Notes: generated by a model from the sequence alone, not told the origin. 64,000 nucleotides of DNA from Octopus vulgaris (GCA_951406725.2 OX597815.1:199206001-199270000); one strand, 5' to 3'. Counted from the first letter of the stretch, positions 1 through 13,664 are shown. Made by a program: numbers and translations.

Positions 1-9
1 ATGACGCTG

Positions 10-187
10 ATGAGCTGGCACAGTCGTTACCGTACCAGACAAAATGCTTAACGGCATTTCTTTTGTCTTCGTGTTCCGAGCTCTAATGGCGCCGAGGTCG
101 AAATTGCCTTTTATCCTTCGGAATTGATAAATTAAGTACCAGCCGAGTACTGGGGTCGATGCAATCGATTTAAACCCAGCCCCAAAT
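10..187 (+). mobile_element. Degenerate SINE family A copy (tRNA-like head + Nin/Deu-like domain)
   Basis: gagctggca...gccgaggtcga...gccttttatccttcggaattgataaattaagtaccag resembles the cleaner family A copies elsewhere in the window. Confidence 0.7.
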
Positions 188-1167
188 GTTCAGATCATTT
201 GTTCTGTGCATCTGCGTTCTGAGGTCAATTTTGCCTTTCACTTTTTGGAGGTCGATCAGAAAGCAACCAATCCAAGGCGATTGCTTGATTGAACTGTTAG
301 AGGGTTTGGCATGTATCTTGCAGTATTTCTTCTATTTTTCTTACTCTGACTCAACGACTGCGACGATACTGGTGCCGAGCTGTATCGACCCATATCTGTG
401 ACTTTCTCCTTGGAGAAACAATGGCGGCATGAAGAGAAATAGAGAGAGAGAGAGAGTTCCTATCATGGGGAATTGCCAATTGCCCCAAAAGGTCTTGTTT
501 AGGCCTGCGATGCACAAGAAGAGATATAGTCAGTATTGAGTGATGGTGTGACTTATGATTTATTTTATTTTATGTTGCAATATTTGTTTTGTCTTTTTTT
601 TTGCGCTGTTTTTGTTATTTGGTTTTCGGTTTCCTGCCTAATTTCTACATTCGATGTACAAAAACATCTTTTCCGTCGCCATTATGCTATTAAATTTCTC
701 TTGTTGTTGCTACTATTGCTGTCAATATTTTGTTGCTGTAGTTACTGTTACTGTTCCTGCAGCTGTTGTTGCTGCTGGTTTTGTTGCTGTTGCTGTTGTA
801 GTCGGTGCTGCTGTTCTTGCAGCTGTTGTTATTTATATCATACTAGTGTACATACACTGACCGAAAAAAAAAATCATAACTATTTCAATTCAAGATATTT
901 AGATTCAACCAGAATTTTCATATTATATTTTTAAATAAAAAATATTCTTTATAGTTATAAAACTTTGACATATCCTTAATTTCCCTGTGGATTTGAGCTT
1001 TTTATTCTACATTTTCACTTTCATACCATTACACCATCAATGGCGGGGAAATGTGCAGGTTACGCAAAAACTAAATTGAATAATTTTACTTCATTTTATT
1101 TATCTATTTATTCGTGTGGTTTCATTTTAAAACTACATTTTATGATATAGATTTTAATCATGTGAAT

Positions 1168-1350
1168 GAATTCTCTCCCTTATACACTCTAATCACGCTC
1201 TTTCCTGCCAGAGGTTTACATAAAATCAGCATCGAATTATGCAGTCACACACTAAAAGCGTTTAGTATTTACATTTGAATTTTATGACAGTCAGACAAGA
1301 TGGCTAAAAGCTTCAATGTAATCCGTGGATGTAATCCTCAGAGGCGAGTT
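1168..1350. repeat. Unclassified ~180 bp dispersed repeat, copy 1
   Basis: Similar to 12488-12660 in the same orientation (shared tttacataaaatca..gaattatgcagtcacac..gcgtttagtatt..tttgaattttatgacagtca). Confidence 0.75.
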
Positions 1351-1721
1351 CAAAACGTAGCTGGCGGAGAAATATTAGATGTTAGTCATTTTACTCACTT
1401 ACTTGCCTCACTTCCTTTAACATACACAAACACACACACACAAAGCACAAAGCACACACATAGATACATGTGAATGCGGGTACTCACATTCAAGTATGCG
1501 TTCCGTCACACACATGTTTATACTTGTATAAACTGCTTCTACGCGTATTCGTGTATTTGTTCATATATCTAAACTGAATGCAGATACAACCAAACTTAGT
1601 GGGAAAGCAACAGTAAAGGAACTGAAGAACAGAAAAATCAATAAGAAATAAAGTTCGTTACAGGAATAGTAGACACTAACAAAATTTGGTGAAACACTTT
1701 TTATTTAACTGTTATACTCCA

Positions 1722-2087
1722 CTAGCAGTATCGCCCGGCGTTGCAGGGGTTTGTAAGCATTTTTAGAGAGTTATAGCCAAAAAATAGCAAAAAAATGGAA
1801 AAAAATTATGGTAAATTTTTTTTAGAGTTAAAAAGGTCGAGTTGCGTCCCCTAGACAGTCTGTGGTTTGTGTTTCTGATTCTCGACCCCTTGTCGAATTT
1901 ATCGATTTTTTTCAGAACTGGGGGAACTTTTTAAAATTTTCGCTGCGTTAGTTTTGAATTATGACATTGGGCTATGTGTGTGTCAAGTTTCATCAGAATC
2001 GGTTGAAAGCCGTGGTCAGGGTGAGGGTACAACCTGACAGACACACAGACACACAGACAGACAAACTGCCGTTTATATATAGAGAGA
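1722..2087 (-). mobile_element. Non-autonomous Helitron
   Basis: Minus strand starts TC(TCTC)TATATATAAA and ends with a GC-rich hairpin remnant then CTAG; inserted between A and T; termini shared with 14973-15339. Confidence 0.75.
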
Positions 2088-2639
2088 TAATGCAACTTTT
2101 AGATATCGTACCGTTATTTTTCATTAAATGTCATATATCCAAAATAGCATATAACCAACAGCCGTGTGGTAAACTGAAGGATGTTCTCTGTGATTCAGCG
2201 TTAAGAATTTATGAAATGTTGTATATCATTGCGCAAGTAGAGTGTTATGTCGCACGTTCGGATGCCTCCTACTCAACTCTACTCTGTTCTCCGACCGCTA
2301 CTCAACTGTGCCTTTGACGTCTAGGCTTCTCCCTCTATATCTACGTATTGGGCTAGCCTACTTCATCGTCTGTGGGCGTCCACACGACATAGAGGAACTG
2401 TGCAGCCATACGGTATGACGGGAATGGTTCAGTGTGATGCAACATGGTTGTATTGTTGGGTTTTATAGTTTTGCATTCTAGAATAAATAAGATGAAGTTT
2501 GTATTTTTGCCTTTGCATCAGAATTCAACCTGATAGCGTGGTTTCTTATGCCACACTCCTTTTAGATTTCAGATGAACATTGATAACGTGATGTGCGTAT
2601 TTAACCTTCGATGAATTTTTCCGAAGACCTATGTAAGGG

Positions 2640-3370
2640 TTTTTCTTCAGTATGTAACTAAAACATCAAATCTGCACAGCATCCGCTGTCCATGATAGTA
2701 GACAACATGTAAAGCACGTGCGACTCAGCATATAAAAGTACAATAAATTATAAAACACTATCACTAAAACATACAAGAAAACAAAACTAGACCTTGAACT
2801 TCCAGTGTAGTTAATGATGAGGCAAAATCACGTCACGCAATTACAATTAGGTGATAATATAGAACGCATATATTCAACGCAAACGGAACTAAGCTAGTTA
2901 TATCAGAAATTTCTCACACAGCCTTAAATGTAGATAGATTCATAATTCCAAAGAATAGTGAATGGGAATTGTTATCGGGAAGCTATGAGATTCTATTAGC
3001 TTAAAAATTAGATCAGCTACTAATTTAATGTAATAGAAAAATAGTTGTTCTATTAAGTGATTTCACTGTATTGACAATAAACCTAATAAAGTTAAGTGTA
3101 CAGCTCATACAGCTTGACATAGAAGAGTTTTTGAACCATCGATTTCTAGGAGTCTTCTCCTGCAAATTCGGTCGAATATCAGTAATAGAATCCGATTCTG
3201 ACATTATCAAGAATGTTAGACAATCGCTGTTAGTTTACGATAATTCCCAATGGTTGAAGAACAATGAACGGAAACACTTTTGATGCATCCATGGGTAGTT
3301 TTAAGGAGACGGATATGGCAGACCTTTCTGACCTCGACATCTTAGACTTGCTCAGAAATGAAAGATAATT
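2640..3370 (+). mobile_element. Decayed Penelope-like element reverse transcriptase fragment (Naiad-like)
   Basis: Translated pieces LIQLDIEEF, DIIKNVRQSLLVYDNSQWLK and, after a frameshift, FDASMGSFKETDMADLSDLDILDLL resemble PLE RT motifs FDIxxFYPSI and FDVxMGSFDGAExxxLVGLYIL; stops and frameshifts present. Confidence 0.65.
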
Positions 3371-3887
3371 AACCTGTATGAGATTATATATATATAATCA
3401 ATGGCCTGAAGATAGTATACTAACAGTAATAGGCATGACATGAATAGAGTTAGAAAGAAGGAAGAGAAATTATTTAGACAAACCTTAAGATAACAAAAAA
3501 TATAAACCTGAAAATTGCTAACTACATAGTTGTCACACTGTGTCTACATATCAGCAGACGTCACGTAGTCCAGAAACCAAACGAGGAAATTACTTATGTA
3601 AACAAAACGTCACTCACCTACTGAGATCATTAAAAACATTATAAGCAACATTAGTTTACATATTATTAATCTGTCTTCAGATGTGAGTATATTCGACCGA
3701 TGCTGCCCCTTACAATAGCATCTCTGTTTATTCTATTGAATCTGCATCGACCTATTTTCTCTCTGGTGCAAATGAGCATAAACCATCGGGCTTTTGGCTG
3801 TACATATATAGGCCTCAATATCATTTTTTAAAATCATTTGCAAACACCTTTTTATTATGGTGTTTTTTTTTTTTTTTTTTTTTTTGT

Positions 3888-4103
3888 ACTTGTTTCAGTC
3901 ATTTGACTGCGGCCATGCTGGAGCACCGCCTTTAGAGTGGTGAAAGAGTACAGCAGGGATCACCACCATCCCCTGCCGGAGCCTCGTGGAGCTTTTAGGT
4001 GTTTTCGCTCAATAAACACACACAACGCCCGGTTTGGGAATCGAAACCGTGATCCTCCGACCGCAAGTCCGCTGCCCTAACCACTGGGCCATTGCGCCTC
4101 CAC
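3888..4103 (-). mobile_element. Chimeric SINE: family C head and body joined to family B 3' tail
   Basis: Reverse complement of head gtggaggcgcaatggcccagtggttagggc ends at 4103; tail gcggtgctccagcatggccgcagtcaaatgactgaaacaag at 3888-3935. Confidence 0.8.
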
Positions 4104-4191
4104 TTTGTTTAAGTTTTCACAAATTCACGTTCTTCATTTTCATATCGTTTCTTTTTTAGATATATAATCACTGTGCAGCGGGATTAATACT

Positions 4192-4651
4192 CTCTCTTTT
4201 ACTTGTTTCAGTCATTTGACTGCGGCCATGCTGGAGCACCGCCTTTAGAGTGGTGAAAGAGTACAGCAGGGATCACCACCATCCCCTGCCGGAGCCTCAG
4301 TCGAGCAAATCGACCACGGGACTTATTCTTTGAAAGCCCAGTACTTATTCTATCGGTCTCTTTTGCCGAACCGCTAAGTGACGGGGACGTAAACACACCA
4401 ACATCGGTTGTCAAGCAATGCTTGGGAGACAAATACAGACACACAAACACATACACACACATACATATATATATATACATATATATTCGACAGGCTTCTT
4501 TCAGTTTCCGTCTACCAAATCCACTCACAAGGCTTTGGTCGGCCCGAGGCTATAGCAGAAGACACTTGCCCAAGATTCCACGCAGTGGGACTAAACCCGA
4601 AACCATGTGGTTGGTTAGCAAGCTACTTACCACACAGCCACTCCTGCGCCT
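4192..4651 (-). mobile_element. SINE family B, full length, with a ~54 bp family C insert
   Basis: Head ggcgcaggagtggctgtgtggtaag (A box), internal (TA)n(TG)n, tail ...tgactgaaacaagtaaaagag; matches 59722-60160. Confidence 0.85.
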
Positions 4652-5495
4652 ATAAGAAGTTATTATCTTCTATGTTGGTGGTCGGAAATTATTCGATTTC
4701 ATCACTCTGCCAATATGCCGTGATACGTCTCCGAGTTTGGCCGTTTCGCCTTCCACTTAGTCCCTTATATTTAGTATACTTCTACGATCAATTACGCGTG
4801 AGTACTTCGCAATCCTAATATAATTTCTGATGTATGAACACAAGCTTTATCTAGCGTTTACGTAAATTCTCTTTTGTTTAAGACTAGGCAACAAGAAAGT
4901 GTGTGATTAATTATTTCTTCGCGATTTTTCTGTGTCCTGCATACGCTATTAGTAAAGCCTCTAATTTCAATGTTTTACAGTTGTATCTCAATCGAAAATC
5001 TTTCGTTCTTAGCTTTAAGCCTTGCACTACTTACACCGTGCTATTTTTTTTTCGTTTTACTCCTGCTTTGTAATGTCATGTGAAGTACTGGTAGTACAGC
5101 GACCTCTCTTGCCATCGTCTTTGCATGCACTCTATAATGTCATCTTCAGTTTCGTATTTTTCCTTTCGGTTTTCTTATGATTTCTGTTTGTCCCTCCTTC
5201 ACACATTTGTCTTTTACATCAGTTTTAAATATATTAGCTCCCTTGCTTTGCCGTAGTACCTTTTATACAGAATTCAAAATCAAAGAATCCATGCAATGCT
5301 TATAACAATGTTTCCATTTATATAATTATCTGCAGAGTATAAAGTGGTCGATTATTACTACATAGTCTCTCTAAAAATGCGCCGATTTTAATTTAACGTG
5401 TTGGTTAAAAGTTTTACAGCAAGAAATGGAGAGGGGAGAGAAAACCCCCTTTAATATTCCTCTCCTAATATAGAATTAGTTTCTATATTTACTTC

Positions 5496-6120
5496 TTATT
5501 TCTTTATTGTCCACAAGGGACTAAACACAGAGGGAACAAACAAGGACAGACAAACGGATTAAGTCGATTACACCGACCCCAGTGCGTAACTGGTACTTAA
5601 TTTATCGATCCCGAAAGTATGAAAGGCAAAGTCGACCTCGGCGGAATTTCAACTCAGAACGCAGCGGCAGACGAAATACCGTAAAGCATTTCGCCCGACG
5701 TGCCAACGTTTCTCATTTCTTTACTGCCCACAAGGGGCTAAACACAGAGGGGACAAACAAAGGGATTAAGTCGATTATACCGACCCCAGTGCATAACTAG
5801 TACTTAATTTATCGATCCCGAAAGGATGAAAGGCAAAGTCGACCTCGGCGGAATTTGAAGTCAGAACGTAACGGCAGACGAAATACCTATTTCTTTATTA
5901 CCCACAAGGGGCTAAACACAGAGGGGACAAACAAGGACAGACATAGGTATTAAGTCGATTACATCGACCTCAGTGCGTAACTGGTACGTAATTTATCGAC
6001 CCCGAAAGGATGAAAGGCAAAGTCGACCTCGGCGGAATTTGAACTCACAACGTAACGCAGACGAAAATACCACAAGCATTTCGCCCGACGTGCTAACGTT
6101 TCTGCCAGCTCTCCACCTTA
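5496..6120 (-). mobile_element. SINE family A concatemer (3 tailed units)
   Basis: Repeated ~180-230 bp units containing gtcgacctcggcggaatttgaactc (B box region) and tail cccacaaggggctaaacacagaggggacaaacaaggac. Confidence 0.85.
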
Positions 6121-6821
6121 ATTAGTTTTTATATTTACTTCTACCTACATCTTGAAAACTGTGTCCCATTTATTCATTACATGTTCCGTGTACCAGCTTA
6201 TTATTAATGCTATTTTATTCATGGCTAGTGTTTCGAGAATCCAGGCTAATGAACACTTAAAGAAGATCTAACGCCTTCAGGTAGTCAATCCAACTCGACT
6301 CAGATTTGTCTTTATTCTATAGATTTCGATTCTCATGTTGTTGATCAGTAATTGATATTTACAACCATGCAAAAGAGCCGTTCATGAAAACAAAAACGAA
6401 AGGCTTGGCAAATGGGCGAAGATGCGATTTGGCAGAGTTGAATAAAATGGCTAACAGTATTTGTTCTGACACACGGTGTTCCGAGTTCAAATCCTACCAG
6501 GGTCAAGTCAACTTTACTTTTTTTTTTTTTTTTTTGAAATAATATAAACAAAAAGTTCTAATCCAAGATGGTGGGCTGGCAGAACTGTAAGGACATCGGA
6601 TTGGATATCTTGCGTTCTGAGTTCAAATCCCACTGTAGTTCACTTGAGTAGTAGACATTATCTGACCCCCAGCTTATCACCATTATCTGATACCTTGCCT
6701 GACTTTAGTTAAGTCCATTCTGCTGCAAGCATTTGAGCAGGATCTCCGATTTGATAATACCTTCTTTTCTCCCTTCCTTCCTGCCTGCCTTCCTTCCTTC
6801 TGCTAGTTTTGGATGCCATGT

Positions 6822-7209
6822 GGATGGAAGCACTCCGTCGGTTACGACGACGAGGGTTCCGGTTGATCCGATCAACGGAACAGCCTGCTCGTGAAATTAA
6901 CGTGTAAGTGGCTGAGCACTCCACAGGCACGTGTACTCTTAACGTAGTTCTCGGGGATATTCAGCGTGACACAGAGAGTGACAAGGCCGGCCCTTTGAAA
7001 TACAGGTACAACAGAAACAGGAAGTAAGAGTGAGAGAAAGTTGTGGTGAAAGAGTACAACAGGGATCACCACCATCCCCTGCCGGAGCCTCGTGGAGCTT
7101 TTAGGTGTTTTCGCTCAATAAACACTCACAACGCCCGGTCTGGGAATAGAAACCGCGATCCTACGACCGCGAGTCCGCTGCCCTAACCACTGGGCCATTG
7201 CGCCTCCAC
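6822..7209 (-). mobile_element. SINE family C, full length, 11-bp TSD
   Basis: tRNA-like head with A/B boxes; TSD GGATGCCATGT at 6811-6821 and 7210-7220; near-identical to 39718-40111 and 50292-50676. Confidence 0.92.
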
Positions 7210-7631
7210 GGATGCCATGTATAGCGTCATAGACACTGCTATTCTTCCTGGTTGTAAGACATCTAAAAGAAAATTTGGTTCTTTGTAACTTGCGTTATGT
7301 TCGTTTAGAAGCGAGTTATTCTTCTCCAGGTGTCATTTATTCTGTATGATATCGTTGCAGTTAAAAAAATTTTATTGCTGTAGGCAGACAGATTGTGTCT
7401 CTAAGTTTTTAAGAATAAAATAATCTAGAATTAAAATGGCTTTCTTATCGGCCAGTTTTTTCTAACTTCTTCAACAGTGCATTAACTATTTGCGCATACA
7501 CCCTACATGTGCTTTGTTAAATATTTCAGCTAGGTATTTGACATTTTCTCACTTTCTGGTGCTTTCCAATTCCGATTTTATAACCTCTGTCTTTCTTATT
7601 CAGTTGATTAGGGTTCCTACAATTACTAAAG

Positions 7632-7646
7632 ATCATCATCATCACT

Positions 7647-7736
<90 letters not shown>

Positions 7737-7780
7737 GTCGTCGTCGTCGTCGTCATCATCATCATCATCGCCATCATCAT
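7632..7780. repeat. (CAT)n microsatellite
   Basis: Direct reading. Confidence 0.95.
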
Positions 7781-7985
7781 CCTTCATATTTCCATATACA
7801 CTCAACAGATTAGACTTGGAAAAGGAAAGAATTCTAACATCGGGCTAAAACAAAGAACCTTAGATGCCAAGGCCCCTCCTGGGTAGCCTAGCTGTTCTTA
7901 ATAACACTTTTTCTGGAGCTGTACTAAACATGATTTTATGTCTATTTCCTCTATCCATCTGTTCAGATCTTTACGGATAGTTCCC

Positions 7986-8492
7986 TATTATTATTACTGA
8001 GTGAGAGAGCAGTGCATGCCATCAAAGTGACACCAGGATAAAATATACAAAGCCCAGTATACTCATCATGACTACCTGTCTGATAAGGGTACACTAGGCA
8101 CATGCATCACAACCATATGTGCGCGACATGGTGATCTCATATCAAGATAAACAGCACATGACCTTGCAGGTGGGACCCAGTTAGAATTTTCTTCAGGTCG
8201 AGTAACCCATCCCACTCAAAAGGTCCCTGAATAAGGGTTGTTTAAGGATGTTGAATGAAACACCCATGTTTCCAGAGGTGAATTATTCAAACCTCAAAGA
8301 ATCCCTCTCAACACACGGCTATGATGCTCCCCCACTACTTCTGCTCGTGATCAGAGATGCACATATCGTCAGCCACTAAGGGACATGCTCAACTGGTTAA
8401 GGTGAAACAACTGACAAGCAAATCTGTGGTATTGAGCAGAATATTTGCTGTAGCCCATCTTTTATACCAAGACAAAACAATGTACATGATGA
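7986..8492 (-). mobile_element. Repeat family E (non-coding retroposon with (AAT)n tail), 5'-truncated
   Basis: Reverse complement of the 32885-33410 segment; ends ctctctcactcagtaataataa on the minus strand. Confidence 0.85.
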
Positions 8493-8496
8493 CATT

Positions 8497-8682
8497 AGCC
8501 ACAAAGAAAGAGTGAGAGAAATTTGTGATGAAGGAGTACAGAGGGCCCCCTCCCCCCGCATGCCGGAGCCTCGTAAACACTCACAATTGCCCGGATGCCC
8601 GGATGCCCGGTCTGGGAATCGAAACCACGTTCTTACGACCGCGACTCCGCTGCCCTAACCACTGGGGCCATTGCGCCTCCAC
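8497..8682 (-). mobile_element. Partial SINE family C
   Basis: Head reverse complement ccattgcgcctccac at 8668-8682. Confidence 0.75.
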
Positions 8683-9294
8683 TTGCTGCGGCTGCAGTTG
8701 TCCCTGTAGAAATGGGTGAGCAGGCAAAAATCGTCAAAAATCGTCAGCGTGCCGGACAAAATGCTCAGCAGCATTTCTTCCGGCTCTTAACACTTTGAGC
8801 TCAAATTACACCGAGGTCGATTTACAATTCATCCTTTCGCGGGGATGGCAGGGGTGGCGGGAGAATAGGTCGATAAAAATCAGTACCGGTATAGCACTGG
8901 AGGTCAATGTAATCAACAAACCCCTCTCCCTCCAAAATTTCAAATTGTTGTTATTGTTATTGTTGTTGTTGTTAATATCATCTTTTGTCATCTTTTGCAT
9001 CATCTCCACCATCATCATCATAATCTGTATTATCAGCACAAAGCAGTAATTTCTTTTCTTATTTCTTTTAATTTTTATTTTTTGTTTTGCTAAGTTACAT
9101 TTTTTTCTAATTTTGTTTTTTAAATTATTGTTTTTATTATATTTTCCTCTTTTTTTTTTCTTTTGCTATCATAATCTCATTTTTCAATATGTTTCATTAT
9201 AGTTATAATCGCCATATGACTCCTTACAACCTCTCCGACGCAGCACTGGTGGGGACGCACCCACACGATAATCTATTCTCCCTCCGTGGTCGCA

Positions 9295-9492
9295 ATCAAC
9301 AGTATCATCATCATCATCAACAACAACATCAGCATCCTCATCATCATCATTCTCATCATCATCATCCTCATCATCATCATCATCATCATCATTATCGTCA
9401 TCATCATCGTCATTTATCATCGTCATCATCATCGTCATCATCATCATCATCATCATTGTCATCACCATCGTCATCATCATCGTCATCATCAC

Positions 9493-9532
<40 letters not shown>

Positions 9533-9539
9533 GTCATCG

Positions 9540-9572
<33 letters not shown>

Positions 9573-10005
9573 CCATCACCATCACCATCATCATCATCAT
9601 CATCATCAACATCATCATCATCATCATCATCAACATCAGCATCCTCATCACCACCACCAACAACAACAACAGCAGCAACAACATATTGATCATTCTAAAC
9701 AGCAATATCATCATGATCAGCACCGTCGCTGTTGCCGTTATCACTGATCTTTACATCAACATTAACATCAGCATCATTATCTACATGATTTTCATCATCA
9801 TCATCATCATAATCATCATCATCATCATCATCATCATCACCGTTTTCATCATCGTTATCGTCATCATCGTCGTCGTCGTCGTTGTCATCCTCCACCTCAT
9901 CCTCATCCTCAACATAATCATCAACATCATCATCATCATCATCATCACCACCACCATCATCATCATCATCATCATCATCATCCTCAACATCATCCTCATC
10001 TTCAA

Positions 10006-10036
<31 letters not shown>

Positions 10037-10246
10037 GTCTTGTTCATCATCATCATCATCACCATCACCATCATCCTCATCCTCAACATCCTCATCATCA
10101 TCATCAGCGTCTTGTTCATCATCATCATCACCATCATCCTCATCTTCAACATCATCATCATCATCATCAGCGTCTTGTTCATCATCATCATCATCATCAT
10201 CACCATCATCCTCATCCTCAACATCATCATCATCATCATCATCGTC

Positions 10247-10280
<34 letters not shown>

Positions 10281-10437
10281 CATCATCCTCATCCTCAACA
10301 TCATCATCATCATCATCATCGTCTTGTTCATCATCATCATCATCATCATCAACATCATCCTCATCCTCAACATCATCATCATCATCATCATCAGCGTCTT
10401 GTTCATCATCATCATCATCATCATCATCGTCTTGTTC

Positions 10438-10472
<35 letters not shown>

Positions 10473-10622
10473 GTCGCCATCATCATCATCATCGTCCTCC
10501 TCTTCCTGCTCCTGCTCATCATCATGGTCATCATCATCATCACAGTCTTCATCATCGTTATCATTATCATCATCATTGTCATCATCAGCATCATCAGCGT
10601 CTTCCTCATCACCGGCTTCATT

Positions 10623-10671
<49 letters not shown>

Positions 10672-10690
10672 CCATCGTTTTTATCGCTAT
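9295..10690. repeat. Long compound (CAT)n tract with higher-order units
   Basis: (CAT)n interrupted by recurring gtcttgttcatc and ctcatcctcaac motifs. Confidence 0.95.
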
Positions 10691-11002
10691 CGCCGTCTTC
10701 CTCTCCGTTCCCATTTTGTGCATCGTTTCTCTTTTAAAGTTTAATTTTTTTTTTTTTCCATTTTAAAAAATAAATAAATAAATGATTTCCTTTAGGCAAT
10801 GTTTTTTTTTTTTTCCTTTTTCTAATGTTTTGTTTATTTTCATTATCACTATTTTTTTCACCTTTTTTTTTTAATTTTCTAAATAATCTCAGTAAAATTC
10901 TTTGCCAAACCTCAAACACCAAAACACCAAAGCAAGTCATGACGAAATTATTGGGTCTTTTTTTTTTAAGGTTACATTTTTTTTTAATTCTTTCTGTTTT
11001 GT

Positions 11003-11095
11003 TTATTATTATCACTATTATTATTATTATTATTATCACTATTATTATTATTATTATTATCACTATTATTATTATTATTATCACTATTATTATTA

Positions 11096-11175
<80 letters not shown>

Positions 11176-11203
11176 GTTGTTGTTGTTATTGTTGTTGTTA
11201 TTA

Positions 11204-11234
<31 letters not shown>

Positions 11235-11369
11235 TATTATTATCATTATTATTGTTATTATTATTATTATTATTATTATTGTTGTTATTGTTGTTGTTGT
11301 TGTTGTTATTATTATTATTATTATTATTATCATCATCATTGTTATTATTATTATTATTATTATTATCAC

Positions 11370-11405
<36 letters not shown>

Positions 11406-11408
11406 CAC

Positions 11409-11447
<39 letters not shown>

Positions 11448-11449
11448 CA

Positions 11450-11495
<46 letters not shown>

Positions 11496-11498
11496 CAC

Positions 11499-11546
<48 letters not shown>

Positions 11547-11594
11547 CATTATTATTATTATTATAATTATTATTATTATTATTATTATTATCAC

Positions 11595-11628
<34 letters not shown>

Positions 11629-11640
11629 GTTATTATTGTT
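11003..11640. repeat. (ATT)n / (GTT)n microsatellite
   Basis: Direct reading. Confidence 0.95.
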
Positions 11641-12487
11641 ATGTTTGTTATATTCTTGAATTATTATCGGAGGACATGTTGCAGAAGAAAGTGATACAGA
11701 CACTTTGTTGTTTGAAGTACAACGCTTTCCTATTAGATCGTACCCTTTTAAATTTCATTACACAATTTAACATACAAGCGTACATATACACTCACAACGC
11801 TCAAAAACGCAGGCAATCACACACGCGCGCACAGAGATACACACGCATACATTCGTACAAGCGCGCGTACACACAGACAGCCATGATTTTGATTGCTGTA
11901 AACGTGCACACTAATATACACACGCTACAACCTTTCGTTCAAAGACAGATATGTTGTTTATTTACGATCGAACGCCACCTCCATAATGGTATTCATATGC
12001 ACATGCTCAAAGATGGGCATATACCACCAACAGCTGTTCATACAGCTATAAGCGTACGTTCGCAGAAAGCCATACATGTACATAGGCAATGTTCGGTTAC
12101 GTTCCGCAACTCCTTCTTGTCTCTCGCTCTCTGCTCTGTGCTCTGTGCATTAACGACCTACTTGCTCTGACCTCTAACAAAGTCACTCCTCTGCAAGATA
12201 ATGCTATTCTTCACCGTTCGCTAAACTATAGCAAACGCGCGTCACTCTCTCGACAAATCTATATTGAAGCCACAACGGAGTGTTGCTTCCACATCTGAGT
12301 CAGTGTTGTAACTGCGCAGATACATCCTTCAACGGTTTCTGAAAAAATGCCACTCGACCGACTGCTATAAAATCTCTCACAAACACACTCCATCCTCTGA
12401 CCCATGGCTGTGCTCTTTCCTCTTTCTATCTTTTCTATTCTGTTACTATACTGACCTCTATTCCTCTGAATTTTTATCATATAGAAG

Positions 12488-12660
12488 AATTATCTTCCTT
12501 ATACTCTCAAATCACGCTCTCTCCTGCCAAAAGTTTACATAAAATCAACATTGAATTATGCAGTCACACACCAACAGCGTTTAGTATTCACGTTTGAATT
12601 TTATGACAGTCAAATGAACGGTTGATATAACCCGTATATAAAAATCTTTAGGAGCGAGTC
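12488..12660. repeat. Unclassified dispersed repeat, copy 2
   Basis: Similar to 1168-1350. Confidence 0.75.
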
Positions 12661-13664
12661 TTGTATTTCATGCATTCAAACACACCCGAACCATTTGTCT
12701 ATCCTCATCTCATCACTCTTGTTGTATCTGTTTCCCCCAGGCGCAATATTAATCTTTCCTTCACAGAACATCATTCCTCTGGAATCTGCATGTTTTCGAT
12801 ATGTCTTCCTGTGCTATCGACTTGCAACATTATAACTTAAATGAAGCATAAATGGCATAGATCTAACCAATATCAAGTGTTTGCAAGATTCTTTGCCATG
12901 ACTCTTTCCTCTAAACTAAGCAAGTCAAAACAAGAGGCATTTTGCAATTTAGACTTTTCGCAATAAAACTGCTCTCCTCCCAAAGCAAATACAATGGAAA
13001 CATTCTGCATTGGGTTACGGCAATGTTGTCTCCTTTAACAAGGCAAATATATAACCATTACTCATATCAAGAAAGCAGCACTGCCGCCACCCACCAGACA
13101 CATATACACACAAACACACTTTTTCCAGTTTTGGACAACAAGCAATTAAGTTTTTGTGAAGTTTTTTTTTTCGTGCTGCTCTTCCGTACGAAAAAGATCT
13201 AGGACCACATCACAAAAACTAGCCCCATTCTGATTTTCTACATCACTGGATACTTACTCATCCGATTTCATGTTGAATACGCAGACTGGTAGTAAAATAA
13301 TTAGTAAAACAGCACTTTTTGTTGGCCCATCCACCTTGCCGCTTCAGAGAGAAGGGAGAAATATGGGGAGTAAACTGACGATTTATTTATCGATCCCAAA
13401 AAACGAAAATCATAGTTGACCTCTGCGTGATTTGACCTCAAAGCGCAGACATCAGGAAAAGAGGACTGCAGAGTATACTATTCGGCTCTCTAAGCCACTG
13501 TGTGCATCAACAGAGTGTTTTGGATGGTTGGATCGACAGGGTGGCTCTTTAATGAAGACGGTACAATTCAGAGTCACAATGAAATAATGCTGACACCAAA
13601 TCTTGACAGTGGTGTTTCTTTAATACATACATATCTAGAACAATATCTATATCATCCGAATAAT

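Noticed and set aside
536-934. Cys-rich, metallothionein-like or transmembrane ORFs
   Set aside because: Produced by degenerate (TGT/TGC/GTT)n repeats.
5582-5800. Recurrent MRNWYLIYRPRKDERQSRPRRNLNSER ORFs
   Set aside because: Antisense translation of SINE A; recurrence reflects copy number, not a gene family.
5496-6120. CRISPR-like repeat array
   Set aside because: Units are ~180-230 bp SINE copies without unique spacers; eukaryotic context; no cas genes.
9184-12170. Long ORFs up to 422 aa (poly-I/H/Y/N/M)
   Set aside because: Translations of triplet microsatellites, open in several frames, with no domain content.
12290-12410. TATAAAA with a downstream ccATGG as a promoter or first exon
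   Set aside because: TATA-like words are common in this AT-rich DNA; no convincing ORF or splice donor follows.
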